Assembly (NCBI GenBank): GCA_944331895.1 | Contig: CALVIX010000003.1 | Span: 74,953-138,952 of the forward strand | Direction of reading: 5' to 3' | DNA from: an uncultured Bacilli bacterium | GTDB lineage: Bacteria; Bacillota_I; Bacilli_A; RF39; UBA660 | DNA length: 64,000 bases | Shown: positions 56,422 to 64,000 of the stretch, one piece after another | Position numbering within the stretch: the stretch's first letter is position 1 | How the letters are laid out: every line of letters starts with the position of its first letter | The notes under the pieces: model-generated | Told to the model about the DNA's origin: nothing | Database searches by the model: none | Seen by the model: only the letters and a program-made list of their open reading frames with translations | Program-made: the position numbers and the translations under genes

Positions 56422-57373
56422 TCTCTTTTAACCTCTCTATCTTTTCAATACCTGGGAAAGTTTTTTCTAGTAATGATATTCTAGCTAATTCTGGTACTTC
56501 ACACCCACTCGCACGTTTGTGTCCGCCACCACCATATTTTTTAGCTAATTTTCCTAGATCTACTTTATCGTTACAACTGCGGAAACTTACTCCTCCACCT
56601 GCATTTACAATTGCGATAAAATCAACTTCTTTTTCATACTGTAATGCAAGTTCATTACCTAATTCACTGCGATATTTTTCGGCAAAGACGATACCAACTG
56701 GATGTCCATCGATCGTTGCCTTCCACATTTCTTTTGCCTTTTTTGCCACGTAGTTCTGAATCCGTAACTCTTCTATTTCTAAAAGTTGCTCTTCAAACTC
56801 ACTGAAGTAGAAATGATGTACTTGTTTTAATCTTTCCGTGTAGCATTCGATATATTTTTCCTTCCCATATAAATCGAATAATTGTCCTAACTGTTTTGCT
56901 CTAACTTCTCCATTTTTAAACCAACACCACGTATCTAACTGTCTTACCAGTTCAACGTATTCTTCTAGCGCTGTATTATGTAAAAAAGCATCTGGAAACT
57001 TTCTTTTCAAATATTGATAGAATAAAGTCGTTCCACACTGCTCTACTCCATTTGCATCCGTCACAACAACAGTTGCAAAATCATATTCTCCAACGAACAA
57101 GTTACTCGCATGATGGTCAAACACGCGTACTTTATGTTTCCACTCTTTATGATTTTGTAATAACTCGCAAGTCTCTTTTGGAAGCCCTAAATCAGTAATA
57201 TACAACATATCGTACTGTTGACTTTCCGGGTTTTCTAAAAAAGACTTCACACATTCAGCAACTTCCGATACTTCTACTAATGCATGATCCACATGTCCAA
57301 ACACCATATTACATAATATGACAGGACTTGCTCCATCGATATCTCCTCCGTGCGATATGATAAAAGGTTTCAT
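56408..57373 (-). CDS. DHH/DHHA1 family phosphoesterase
   Basis: 321 aa; HGGDIDG, FDHH, GGGGHKRASG. Confidence 0.75.
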   Translation of the reverse strand: MKPFIISHGGDIDGASPVILCNMVFGHVDHALVEVSEVAECVKSFLENPESQQYDMLYITDLGLPKETCELLQNHKEWKHKVRVFDHHASNLFVGEYDFATVVVTDANGVEQCGTTLFYQYLKRKFPDAFLHNTALEEYVELVRQLDTWCWFKNGEVRAKQLGQLFDLYGKEKYIECYTERLKQVHHFYFSEFEEQLLEIEELRIQNYVAKKAKEMWKATIDGHPVGIVFAEKYRSELGNELALQYEKEVDFIAIVNAGGGVSFRSCNDKVDLGKLAKKYGGGGHKRASGCEVPELARISLLEKTFPGIEKIERLKENDEN

Positions 57374-57999
57374 TTTCCCCCTCCTTCCAATATTTTCTTT
57401 ACTGGTCCATATGTCTTTCTATATCCTTCGATTAACCCATATGTTTCAATTGCTTCTAAGTGTTGTTTCGTCGGGTATCCTTTGTGCTTTCCAAACCCAT
57501 ACATCGGATATTTATGGTCTAGTTCTATCATCATGCGATCCCGTGTCACTTTGGCTATGACACTTGCTGCAGCAATCGTAATACTTTTCGCATCTCCTTT
57601 GATGATCGATGTGGTATCGATATCGATATCCAGTGGCATCGCATCGACTAAGACATGTTCTAAAGGTATTTCTCTTGCAACTTTTTCAATCGCCTCGATC
57701 ATCGCTTCTTTGCTTGCCTGATAAATGTTGATCTCATCAATTCTCTCTGGAGAACACATGCCAATTTTAACACATACTGCATGTTCCATAATATAATCGT
57801 AAAATTGTTCTCTTTTTTTCTCTGTTAATTTTTTAGAATCGGTAAGTCCTTCTAATTCGAAATCATGTGTTAGCACAACACACGCTGTAACTACTGGTCC
57901 AATCAATGGACCTCTTCCTACTTCATCAACTCCACCTACATATTCAATTCCCTTGTTCCACAATTCTTTTTCATACGCATATAAATCTATTTTGTCCAT
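57370..57999 (-). CDS. rnhB: Ribonuclease HII
   Basis: 209 aa; GVDEVGRGPLIGPVV, DSKKL. Confidence 0.92.
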   Translation of the reverse strand: MDKIDLYAYEKELWNKGIEYVGGVDEVGRGPLIGPVVTACVVLTHDFELEGLTDSKKLTEKKREQFYDYIMEHAVCVKIGMCSPERIDEINIYQASKEAMIEAIEKVAREIPLEHVLVDAMPLDIDIDTTSIIKGDAKSITIAAASVIAKVTRDRMMIELDHKYPMYGFGKHKGYPTKQHLEAIETYGLIEGYRKTYGPVKKILEGGGK

Positions 58000-58742
58000 G
58001 CTATTTCTCCTTGCTTTTTCTCTTCTTTTTGTTTCAAATATACGGGAATATATGCAATCAACACCATGACAATTCCGGTAATTTCTAATATCAAAAGTGG
58101 ATAGTTAAAATACTTTAAAAACGGATATAACTGAAATACGTGCGAAGGAATTTCACTCGAGAAAATATAATTTGTTTTAAAGATCATATTAAATCCAGTT
58201 GCAAATAATAATATTATGTTCGCTACGATCAATACTTTCCATAAATCCTTCTTCTCTATGTGAAAATCATATGCGTAATATAAAAAGAAACTACCAAGTA
58301 AAAAAACATGATGACTAATAATCCATTGATAAAAGATAAACGAATCAAAACTACTCACCATCTTAGGCCAAATAATTGCTGGCAATGGTCCTATAAAAGC
58401 TAAAAAATAAATCACATGATACCAACTTCTCTTTCGTAGCAAGCAAGCGATCATAAAAGAAAAACTTGCGATATAACAAAAGTGAATTGGCAGATGATTT
58501 TTCCAAGTATAAATGCCATAATAAGCAAATCCATTATAGTAGATTAACATATTGAGATAAAGGATGATTACCAAGGTATACTTGATCACTTCCTTCGTTC
58601 GGTCACTCAAATGATAAATTTGATGTCTATAATGATAAATGAGCCCAAGCCCAATTATGACAAGTAAGATTAACATAATATGAAGTGGTCCAAATAACGT
58701 AAATGTAGTTCCAGCCACCTCATCTACAAAAAATTCCCTCAT
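57987..58742 (-). CDS. Polytopic membrane protein (YwaF/TMEM164-like)
   Basis: 251 aa with ~7 spans. HLPIHFCYI resembles the family's LPLHLC motif (from memory). Confidence 0.45.
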   Translation of the reverse strand: MREFFVDEVAGTTFTLFGPLHIMLILLVIIGLGLIYHYRHQIYHLSDRTKEVIKYTLVIILYLNMLIYYNGFAYYGIYTWKNHLPIHFCYIASFSFMIACLLRKRSWYHVIYFLAFIGPLPAIIWPKMVSSFDSFIFYQWIISHHVFLLGSFFLYYAYDFHIEKKDLWKVLIVANIILLFATGFNMIFKTNYIFSSEIPSHVFQLYPFLKYFNYPLLILEITGIVMVLIAYIPVYLKQKEEKKQGEIAWTK

Positions 58743-58790
58743 ATATATACTCCTTACTTTTTTACATTATATCATAGATCGATCTTTATC

Positions 58791-58826
58791 TACAAAAACA
58801 AAAAGCTAAGTTATTGAAAACTTAGC
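58791..58826 (-). terminator. Second terminator downstream of the tRNA pair
   Basis: Minus strand GCTAAGT-8 nt-ACTTAGC followed by TTTTTGTTTTTG. Confidence 0.55.
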
Positions 58827-58858
58827 GTATGACCCTTATCATTATGATAGTAGTAATT

Positions 58859-58893
58859 AAAAAATGACACTCTCTCATCTCTGATTGAGTGTC
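58859..58893 (-). terminator. First terminator downstream of the tRNA pair
   Basis: Minus strand GACACTC-14 nt-GAGTGTC followed by ATTTTTT. Confidence 0.45.
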
Positions 58894-58909
58894 AACACTA
58901 AATTTTTTA

Positions 58910-58955
58910 GAGGCGACATTCACTTGCAGAATCGAATGTTCCTCTTTTTTATTTT
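58910..58955 (+). terminator. Plus-strand rho-independent terminator with no annotated upstream gene
   Basis: GAGG(C)GACATTC-11 nt-GAATGTTCCTC followed by TTTTTTATTTT. Confidence 0.45.
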
Positions 58956-59053
58956 ATGCAAGTTCTCTTGCTTACATACTAATAATCGCATAAATTATAT
59001 ATATAGTCAAATTATATATATATATATATCTTAAATTCGAGTAATTATTAAAA

Positions 59054-59130
59054 TGGTGGGTGATATAGGACTCGAACCTATGACCTCTTGCACGTCAAGC
59101 AAGCGCTCTAACCAACTGAGCTAATCACCC
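59054..59130 (-). tRNA. tRNA-Val (anticodon GAC), CCA encoded
   Basis: Hand-folded cloverleaf: GGGTGAT/ATCACCC acceptor, GCTC-AGTTGGTTA-GAGC D arm, CTTGC-TTGACGT-GCAAG anticodon arm, ATAGG-TTCGAGT-CCTAT T arm, ACCA. Confidence 0.9.
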
Positions 59131-59131
59131 G

Positions 59132-59208
59132 TGGTGTTCATGGCGGGAGTCGAACCCACGACCTCTTCCTTCGGAGGGAAGCACTCTATCCAGCTGAGCT
59201 ACATGAAC
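59132..59208 (-). tRNA. tRNA-Arg (anticodon CCG), CCA encoded
   Basis: GTTCATG/CATGAAC acceptor, CTTCC-CTCCGAA-GGAAG anticodon arm, GTGGG-TTCGACT-CCCGC T arm, ACCA. Separated from tRNA-Val by 1 nt. Confidence 0.9.
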
Positions 59209-59216
59209 ATAATCTC

Positions 59217-59245
59217 ATTATACCCTACTATTTCTCTTTTGACAA
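59217..59245 (-). promoter_or_regulatory. Sigma-A promoter of the tRNA pair
   Basis: Minus strand TTGTCA, 17 nt, TATAAT. The -10 ends 8 nt before the tRNA-Arg 5' end. Confidence 0.55.
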
Positions 59246-59258
59246 TTTTTTTCACAAC

Positions 59259-59286
59259 AAAAAAAGTAAGCAAACGAATTGCTTAC
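59259..59286 (-). terminator. leuS terminator
   Basis: Minus strand GTAAGCAA-ttcgt-TTGCTTAC followed by T7. It overlaps the stop codon. Confidence 0.75.
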
Positions 59287-61679
59287 TTTACAACTATATT
59301 GACAAGTTTCTTAGGAACGACAATCGTCTTTACGATCTCTTTTCCTTCGATATGTGCTTTTACATTTTCGATTTCTCGAGCCAGTTGTTCCATCTCTTCT
59401 TTCGACGTTTCAGATTTTGTCTCAATCTTTCCACGTACTTTTCCATTCACTTGTACAACCATCGTAAATGTTTCAGATTCACATTTTGCTTCATCGTAAG
59501 TTGGCCAAGAACTTTCGCATAATGGAGTTCCTAGCTTACAAATTTCATTCATCTCTTCTGTGATATGTGGTGCGATTGGATTTAACAAATGAATCAATGT
59601 ACGTAAATCACTTCTCGTAATCGTCTTTGCTTCTTCAAAGCGATTCACTAAGATCATCAAAGCAGATACAGCTGTATTATACTTCATCGTCTCTAAATCA
59701 TTTGTCACTTTACGAATCGTTTGATTGATCAATACTTCATCCGTATAACCATCTTTATCATTAAGACAATCTTGTAATTTCCATACGCGGTCTAAGAAAC
59801 GTTTACATCCTTTTAATCCATTGGTACTCCAAGCAGCTTCTTTCTCGTAATCACCGATAAACATCTCGTAAGTACGAAGGGCATCCGCACCATAATTCTC
59901 GACGATCTCGTTTGGATTTACTACATTTCCTTTCGATTTACTCATCTTTTCTCCATTATCTCCTAAGATCATACCATGAGAAGTACGAATTTCGAATGGT
60001 TCCTTATTAGGAACAAGTCCGATATTATATAAGAATTGATTCCAGAAACGAGCATATAATAAGTGTCTCGTCGCATGTTCCATTCCACCATTATACCAAT
60101 CTACTTTTCCCCAATACTTCATCGCATCCATAGATACGAACTCTTTATCGTTGTGAGCATCCATATAGCGAAGCCAATACCAACTAGAACCAGCCCAGTT
60201 TGGCATCGTATCTGTCTCTCTTCTCGCCATCTTACCACAATGTGGACATGGTGTATTTACCCAATCTGTAATCGCTGCAAGTGGACTTTCACCATTATCC
60301 GTCGGTTCATAATTTGCAACGTCTGGAAGTAATACAGGTAAATCTTTTTCCGGTACTGGTACCCATCCACAGTCTTCACAATAGATCATTGGAATTGGTT
60401 CCCCCCAGAAACGTTGACGAGAAAAAATCCAGTCTTGTAATTTATAATTTACTTTCTTACGACCAATTTTTGTCTCTTCCAAGTATGCAATCATCTTGTC
60501 GATAGAGTCTTTTTTATTTGTCATGCCATTCAAAACTCCAGAGTTGACCATCTCACCATCTCCAGTATAGGCAGCTTCTTCAATGTTCCCACCTTTGATG
60601 ACTTCGATAATTGGAATATCAAATTTACGAGCAAAGGCATAGTCGCGATCATCGTGCGCTGGAACTGCCATAATTGCACCCGTTCCATATCCCATCATAA
60701 CATAGTCTGAAATATAGATTGGAATCTCCGTATCGTTTAATGGATTGATTGCTTTTAATCCTTCTAAGCAAACACCTGTCTTATCTTTTACAAGTTCTGT
60801 ACGTTCAAACGCGCTCTTATGACGAGCTTCTTCTTGATAAGCACGTACTGCATCCATATTTTGAATTCTATCTTTCAACGTTTCGATCATCGGATGTTCA
60901 GGAGCAACAACCATAAATGTAACTCCATATAACGTATCTGGACGAGTCGTAAATACTGTTAAAGTTTCATCTGTGTCTGCAACTTTAAAATCCACTTCTG
61001 CCCCTGTACTCTTTCCAATCCAGTTGCGTTGTGCGATCTTCGTACGCTCTTGGAACTTCGTATCATCAAGCCCATCCAATAATTGTTCTGCATAATCACT
61101 CATGCGAAGCATCCACTGTTCTTTTTCCTTTTGTACGACAGGCGTTCCACAACGTTCACAAACACCTCCACTAGAGTCCTCATTCGAAAGACCAGTCTTA
61201 CACTTTGGACACCAGTTAATTGGTTTTTTTGCTTTATAAGCAAGACCATGTTCATAGAATTTCAAAAATTGCCACTGTGTCCATTTATAGTAATCGGCAT
61301 CAGTTGTTGCAAATTCACGATTCCAATCAAATGAAATTCCAATCGTTTGAATCTGTCCTTTAAATGTTTTAATATTCTCTTGTACGGCATCTTTTGGATG
61401 AATATGATTTGCGATCGCATACTGTTCTGCAGGTGCTCCAAATGCATCCCATCCCATTGGAAATAACACATTATACCCTTCCATACGTCTTTTACGTGCG
61501 AGTGCATCGAGTGCTGTATAACTACGAACGTGTCCTACGTGAAGTCCTGCTCCCGATGGATATGGAAATTCCACTAAGATATAATATTTTTTCTTTTCAC
61601 TTCCGTTCTTAGCCTCGAACGTATTATGTTCTTTCCAATAAGTTTGCCATTTCTGTTCTATTCTTTTAAAATCATACAT
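59283..61679 (-). CDS. leuS: Leucyl-tRNA synthetase
   Basis: HVGH and KMSKS motifs. AGGAGG is spaced 9 nt from the ATG at 61679 (MYDFKRIEQKWQ). The track start at 61736 lies inside the upstream ORF. Confidence 0.95.
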   Translation of the reverse strand: MYDFKRIEQKWQTYWKEHNTFEAKNGSEKKKYYILVEFPYPSGAGLHVGHVRSYTALDALARKRRMEGYNVLFPMGWDAFGAPAEQYAIANHIHPKDAVQENIKTFKGQIQTIGISFDWNREFATTDADYYKWTQWQFLKFYEHGLAYKAKKPINWCPKCKTGLSNEDSSGGVCERCGTPVVQKEKEQWMLRMSDYAEQLLDGLDDTKFQERTKIAQRNWIGKSTGAEVDFKVADTDETLTVFTTRPDTLYGVTFMVVAPEHPMIETLKDRIQNMDAVRAYQEEARHKSAFERTELVKDKTGVCLEGLKAINPLNDTEIPIYISDYVMMGYGTGAIMAVPAHDDRDYAFARKFDIPIIEVIKGGNIEEAAYTGDGEMVNSGVLNGMTNKKDSIDKMIAYLEETKIGRKKVNYKLQDWIFSRQRFWGEPIPMIYCEDCGWVPVPEKDLPVLLPDVANYEPTDNGESPLAAITDWVNTPCPHCGKMARRETDTMPNWAGSSWYWLRYMDAHNDKEFVSMDAMKYWGKVDWYNGGMEHATRHLLYARFWNQFLYNIGLVPNKEPFEIRTSHGMILGDNGEKMSKSKGNVVNPNEIVENYGADALRTYEMFIGDYEKEAAWSTNGLKGCKRFLDRVWKLQDCLNDKDGYTDEVLINQTIRKVTNDLETMKYNTAVSALMILVNRFEEAKTITRSDLRTLIHLLNPIAPHITEEMNEICKLGTPLCESSWPTYDEAKCESETFTMVVQVNGKVRGKIETKSETSKEEMEQLAREIENVKAHIEGKEIVKTIVVPKKLVNIVVK

Positions 61680-61692
61680 ATTTTTCATCCTC

Positions 61693-62043
61693 CTATTTTT
61701 TCTCTCCCAATTTTTTCTGATAATATTTTCCAACAAAGTGATATCCTATTAAGATCAATATAATCAATAAGATAAACCCTACGACTAACTGTAATATCAA
61801 ATTAGGGAGCAAGCTAGCAATCCATGCAGTTAAACTGATAATCACTGCATTCGTAAATGCGAGCGTTCTCGCTAACTTTTGAATTGGAACTTCTTTTAAA
61901 TCGACATGATATCGCATCTCTAAATAGCGTACTTCCGTACTTTGATAGTACTGCTTTAATTTCTTTTTACGAGATATGACAAATAAATAATACATACCAT
62001 ATACCAGTAGAAAGAACAAAATAAATATAATAACTTCTTCCAT
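61693..62043 (-). CDS. Small two-span membrane protein sitting between the T-box leader and leuS
   Basis: 116 aa with RBS GGAGGG. Its stop is 14 nt before the leuS ATG. Confidence 0.55.
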   Translation of the reverse strand: MEEVIIFILFFLLVYGMYYLFVISRKKKLKQYYQSTEVRYLEMRYHVDLKEVPIQKLARTLAFTNAVIISLTAWIASLLPNLILQLVVGFILLIILILIGYHFVGKYYQKKLGEKK

Positions 62044-62264
62044 AAACCCTCCTAAAATAAAAAAGTATCATGTTTAAGGGCGCAAAAGCACGGTACCACC
62101 TTAATTCCATAATACTTTATGATCTCTTTCACTTAACGCGTTCTAACGGCCATAAGGCAACTCCAAAGCGAGTTCATCAAATGGATATGTGATGTTTTCA
62201 CCAGCCACATCATCTCTACGCATTCCAATTTAACTACTACTCTTCTTCCTCGTTTTTCAAAACT
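62044..62264 (-). promoter_or_regulatory. T-box leader, Leu specifier CUC
   Basis: On the minus strand: AGAGTAGTA and GTAGAGA stem I elements; distal GGCTGGTGAAA; specifier loop GAA-CUC-G (CUC at 62170-62172); T-box AATTAAGGTGGTACCGTGC (62088-62106), with UGGUACC as a 7-nt bulge between helices TTAAGG/CCTTAA and GTGC/GCGC; U-tract before the RBS. Confidence 0.8.
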
Positions 62265-62270
62265 AGTATT

Positions 62271-62299
62271 ATTATAATATAGATTTATGTAAGTTTCAA
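62271..62299 (-). promoter_or_regulatory. Sigma-A promoter of the T-box leader
   Basis: Minus strand TTGAAA, 17 nt, TATAAT. Confidence 0.6.
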
Positions 62300-62303
62300 G
62301 CCT

Positions 62304-62744
62304 TTATTTCTGTGATTTTTGATAAACTTTCTGTTTTTCTAGTTCGATTGGCGTTCCAAACCGTGAGTAATCATAATCCTCAATTTCCTCATTATAAACC
62401 GCTGTCACTTCAACCGGCACTGTATTTTGATACCAGACATCAAATGCAGCAGTAACTTCGTGACAGTTTATTACGTTTTCAATATCAAAGACTTCATATC
62501 CATCAGGAATCTCTATCGATCCTCCTATATCCTCATAAGCATCTGGATGAGTATAGCGAACATAAAACATATGCTTTCCAACATCAAATTGTTTCGTCTC
62601 TCCTTCTTGCTCTACCCCATTTTCCATTTCATAAGATGAGCTTTCTTTTGAATCTACCACATCTGCTTCTGGGATCACTAAGCAATTGCTGTTGACAGTA
62701 AAGCAAACGCCAATAAGCTTTTTGGTTTCATACTTTCCTCCCAT
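62304..62744 (-). CDS. Hypothetical protein (146 aa)
   Basis: ORF only; no motif recognised. Confidence 0.45.
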   Translation of the reverse strand: MGGKYETKKLIGVCFTVNSNCLVIPEADVVDSKESSSYEMENGVEQEGETKQFDVGKHMFYVRYTHPDAYEDIGGSIEIPDGYEVFDIENVINCHEVTAAFDVWYQNTVPVEVTAVYNEEIEDYDYSRFGTPIELEKQKVYQKSQK

Positions 62745-62780
62745 GCATATTTCATTTCATAATTCAGATACTGTCAATAT

Positions 62781-63251
62781 TTATTTTTTCTTCTTTAACT
62801 TTTGTATTCCTTCCACCATTTTTTCTTCCGTTAATCCAGTTTTTATACTTGTTAATATAAGGTGGGGCATCAATTCTTCCATATCGCCATCATCATCTAA
62901 AATAATATAGGAAGTTTCTACGTTTAACGTTTGTAAAAATGTTTTAATTTCTTCTCCTCTTTTCTTATTCAAAACCGGTGTATAACCAATGACACGATCT
63001 GCAAGATCATATTGTTTCAAAACATCTTGTAATACTTTTTTCCCTTCTTCTGTTTTTCTCCAAGTAGATGTAACTACAATGTTCGCATTCGTTTGTACCA
63101 CTAGTTTTTTTAAGTATTCTAAGCATTGAGGATCAAATGGATACTCGTATTCAGAATGGGGCTTTCGTGTTTCTTCATACACTTTTTTCGCATAATCGAT
63201 AGAATTCAAAACACCATCAACATCTAAAAAGATAATATTCACTTTTTTCAC
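62781..63251 (-). CDS. HAD-superfamily phosphatase-like protein
   Basis: N-terminal IIFLDVDGVLNS (DxDxV motif I); 156 aa. Confidence 0.6.
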   Translation of the reverse strand: MKKVNIIFLDVDGVLNSIDYAKKVYEETRKPHSEYEYPFDPQCLEYLKKLVVQTNANIVVTSTWRKTEEGKKVLQDVLKQYDLADRVIGYTPVLNKKRGEEIKTFLQTLNVETSYIILDDDGDMEELMPHLILTSIKTGLTEEKMVEGIQKLKKKK

Positions 63252-63323
63252 CTCCTACTTAATATATAATTTTAAACAAAATAGACACGAATTACTTAAG
63301 CAATCCATGTCTAATTTATCTTT

Positions 63324-64000
63324 CTAAACTTCACTTACATATTCTAATAATTTCAAGAATAATTTAATATGTCGCTTTTCTAATCCATGTTTTCCTAGTT
63401 TTCTAACCGCGATTCTCTTCTTCTTAATTGGTTGATCGCCAAATAAAATCGCATCAATTCTCTCCTTCATGTCTGTTTCGATTTGAAGATCGCTAATAAT
63501 CTCTGCGATATCTTCGTTGATCAGACGAACCGCATCTATTTCGATATCGTTTCCTTTACAATTGAAAGTAAGTTGTCCAATTGTTGGAACATTTTCAACT
63601 TCGACAATAAAATCAGGTCCTTCTACATAAGCACTATATTGAATTTTTTGATCGTTGAAATATACGATAACGTCGTTTGCTTGTTTTGTATTACGGAATC
63701 GTATCTTATAGTTTCTACGTTCAGGAATAATCCCACTTTTTCCCTCTACAGACCTAATAATCACAGTATAATTATTTGGTAGATAATTATATTCGATCGA
63801 TGTTAATAAGTAGTAACCTTTGCGATATAAATCACTTACACCATCGTCTTCATATAAGTTGTATTGATTATCTTTTCCAGGAAAGATATGGATTTCCATA
63901 TTTTTAGGTGGTGTTGTATCATTCAAATCGTCCTGATTTCCAAGCGGAATAATTGCCCCTGTTTTTGCAAAGACTGGATAATCTTGGTCCTTAAAAAAGG
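63324..64000 (-). CDS. Glycoside hydrolase family 31-like, C-terminal part (gene continues beyond the window end)
   Basis: The reading frame stays open upstream of the track start (...KDQDYPVFAKTGAIIPLGNQDDLNDTT...). IHIFPGKDNQYNLYEDDG matches the GH31 C-terminal beta-sandwich pattern. Confidence 0.5.
   Translation of the reverse strand, partial: FFKDQDYPVFAKTGAIIPLGNQDDLNDTTPPKNMEIHIFPGKDNQYNLYEDDGVSDLYRKGYYLLTSIEYNYLPNNYTVIIRSVEGKSGIIPERRNYKIRFRNTKQANDVIVYFNDQKIQYSAYVEGPDFIVEVENVPTIGQLTFNCKGNDIEIDAVRLINEDIAEIISDLQIETDMKERIDAILFGDQPIKKKRIAVRKLGKHGLEKRHIKLFLKLLEYVSEV

Noticed and set aside
58860-58915. 18-aa hydrophobic minus-strand peptide (MRECHFLITTIIMIRVIR) as a type I toxin
   Set aside because: There is no RBS, it is shorter than typical type I toxins, and it overlaps a terminator hairpin.
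59131-59499. 122-aa plus-strand ORF
   Set aside because: It overlaps tRNA-Arg, the tRNA promoter, the leuS terminator and the leuS 3' end on the opposite strand, so it is an artefact.
1-64000. CRISPR arrays, rRNA genes, prophage, transposase, integrase or recombinase genes, and flanking direct repeats marking an island
   Set aside because: None were seen on either strand. By eye, the accessory loci have the same low GC as the backbone, so I cannot claim recent horizontal transfer.

Overview
Low-GC Bacillota-type chromosomal segment (possibly Erysipelotrichia-like; taxonomy is inference only). It is transcribed almost entirely from the minus strand; I call only two small plus-strand genes. 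The housekeeping backbone is: secE-nusG-rplK-rplA-rplJ-rplL-methyltransferase-rpoB-rpoC (22.1-33.4 kb), a CamS-like lipoprotein plus gatCAB (39.3-43.5 kb), topA, an activase-type three-gene set, MBL and DHH hydrolases, rnhB, tRNA-Arg(CCG) and tRNA-Val(GAC), a Leu T-box leader driving a small membrane ORF plus leuS, and a truncated GH31-like gene at the right edge. I see no rRNA, CRISPR array, transposase or integrase. Two accessory regions stand out. (1) 685-21977, directly downstream of two rpoC terminators, is a ~21-kb two-cassette locus. It holds two plausibly active SipW-type (ER/archaeal-type) signal peptidases and two catalytically degenerate copies. It also holds at least nine ORFs with TasA-style SipW-cognate signal/N-terminal motifs, including a 2368-aa beta-solenoid giant. 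In addition it has a membrane-tethered McrB-family GTPase with a nuclease-less partner, and several cytoplasmic helical proteins. This is my best candidate for an undescribed system, perhaps an NTPase-assisted TasA-like fibre or sheath assembly. (2) Three ORFs share a type IV prepilin N-terminus and a common ~120-aa pilin module. One is minimal (124 aa), one is fused to BspA-type LRRs (308 aa), and one is a 1877-aa modular pilin with eight ~172-aa tandem repeats and an unknown Cys/Trp/Tyr-rich tip. No pilus assembly genes lie in the window. All functional calls come from motif recognition by eye; no database search was run.
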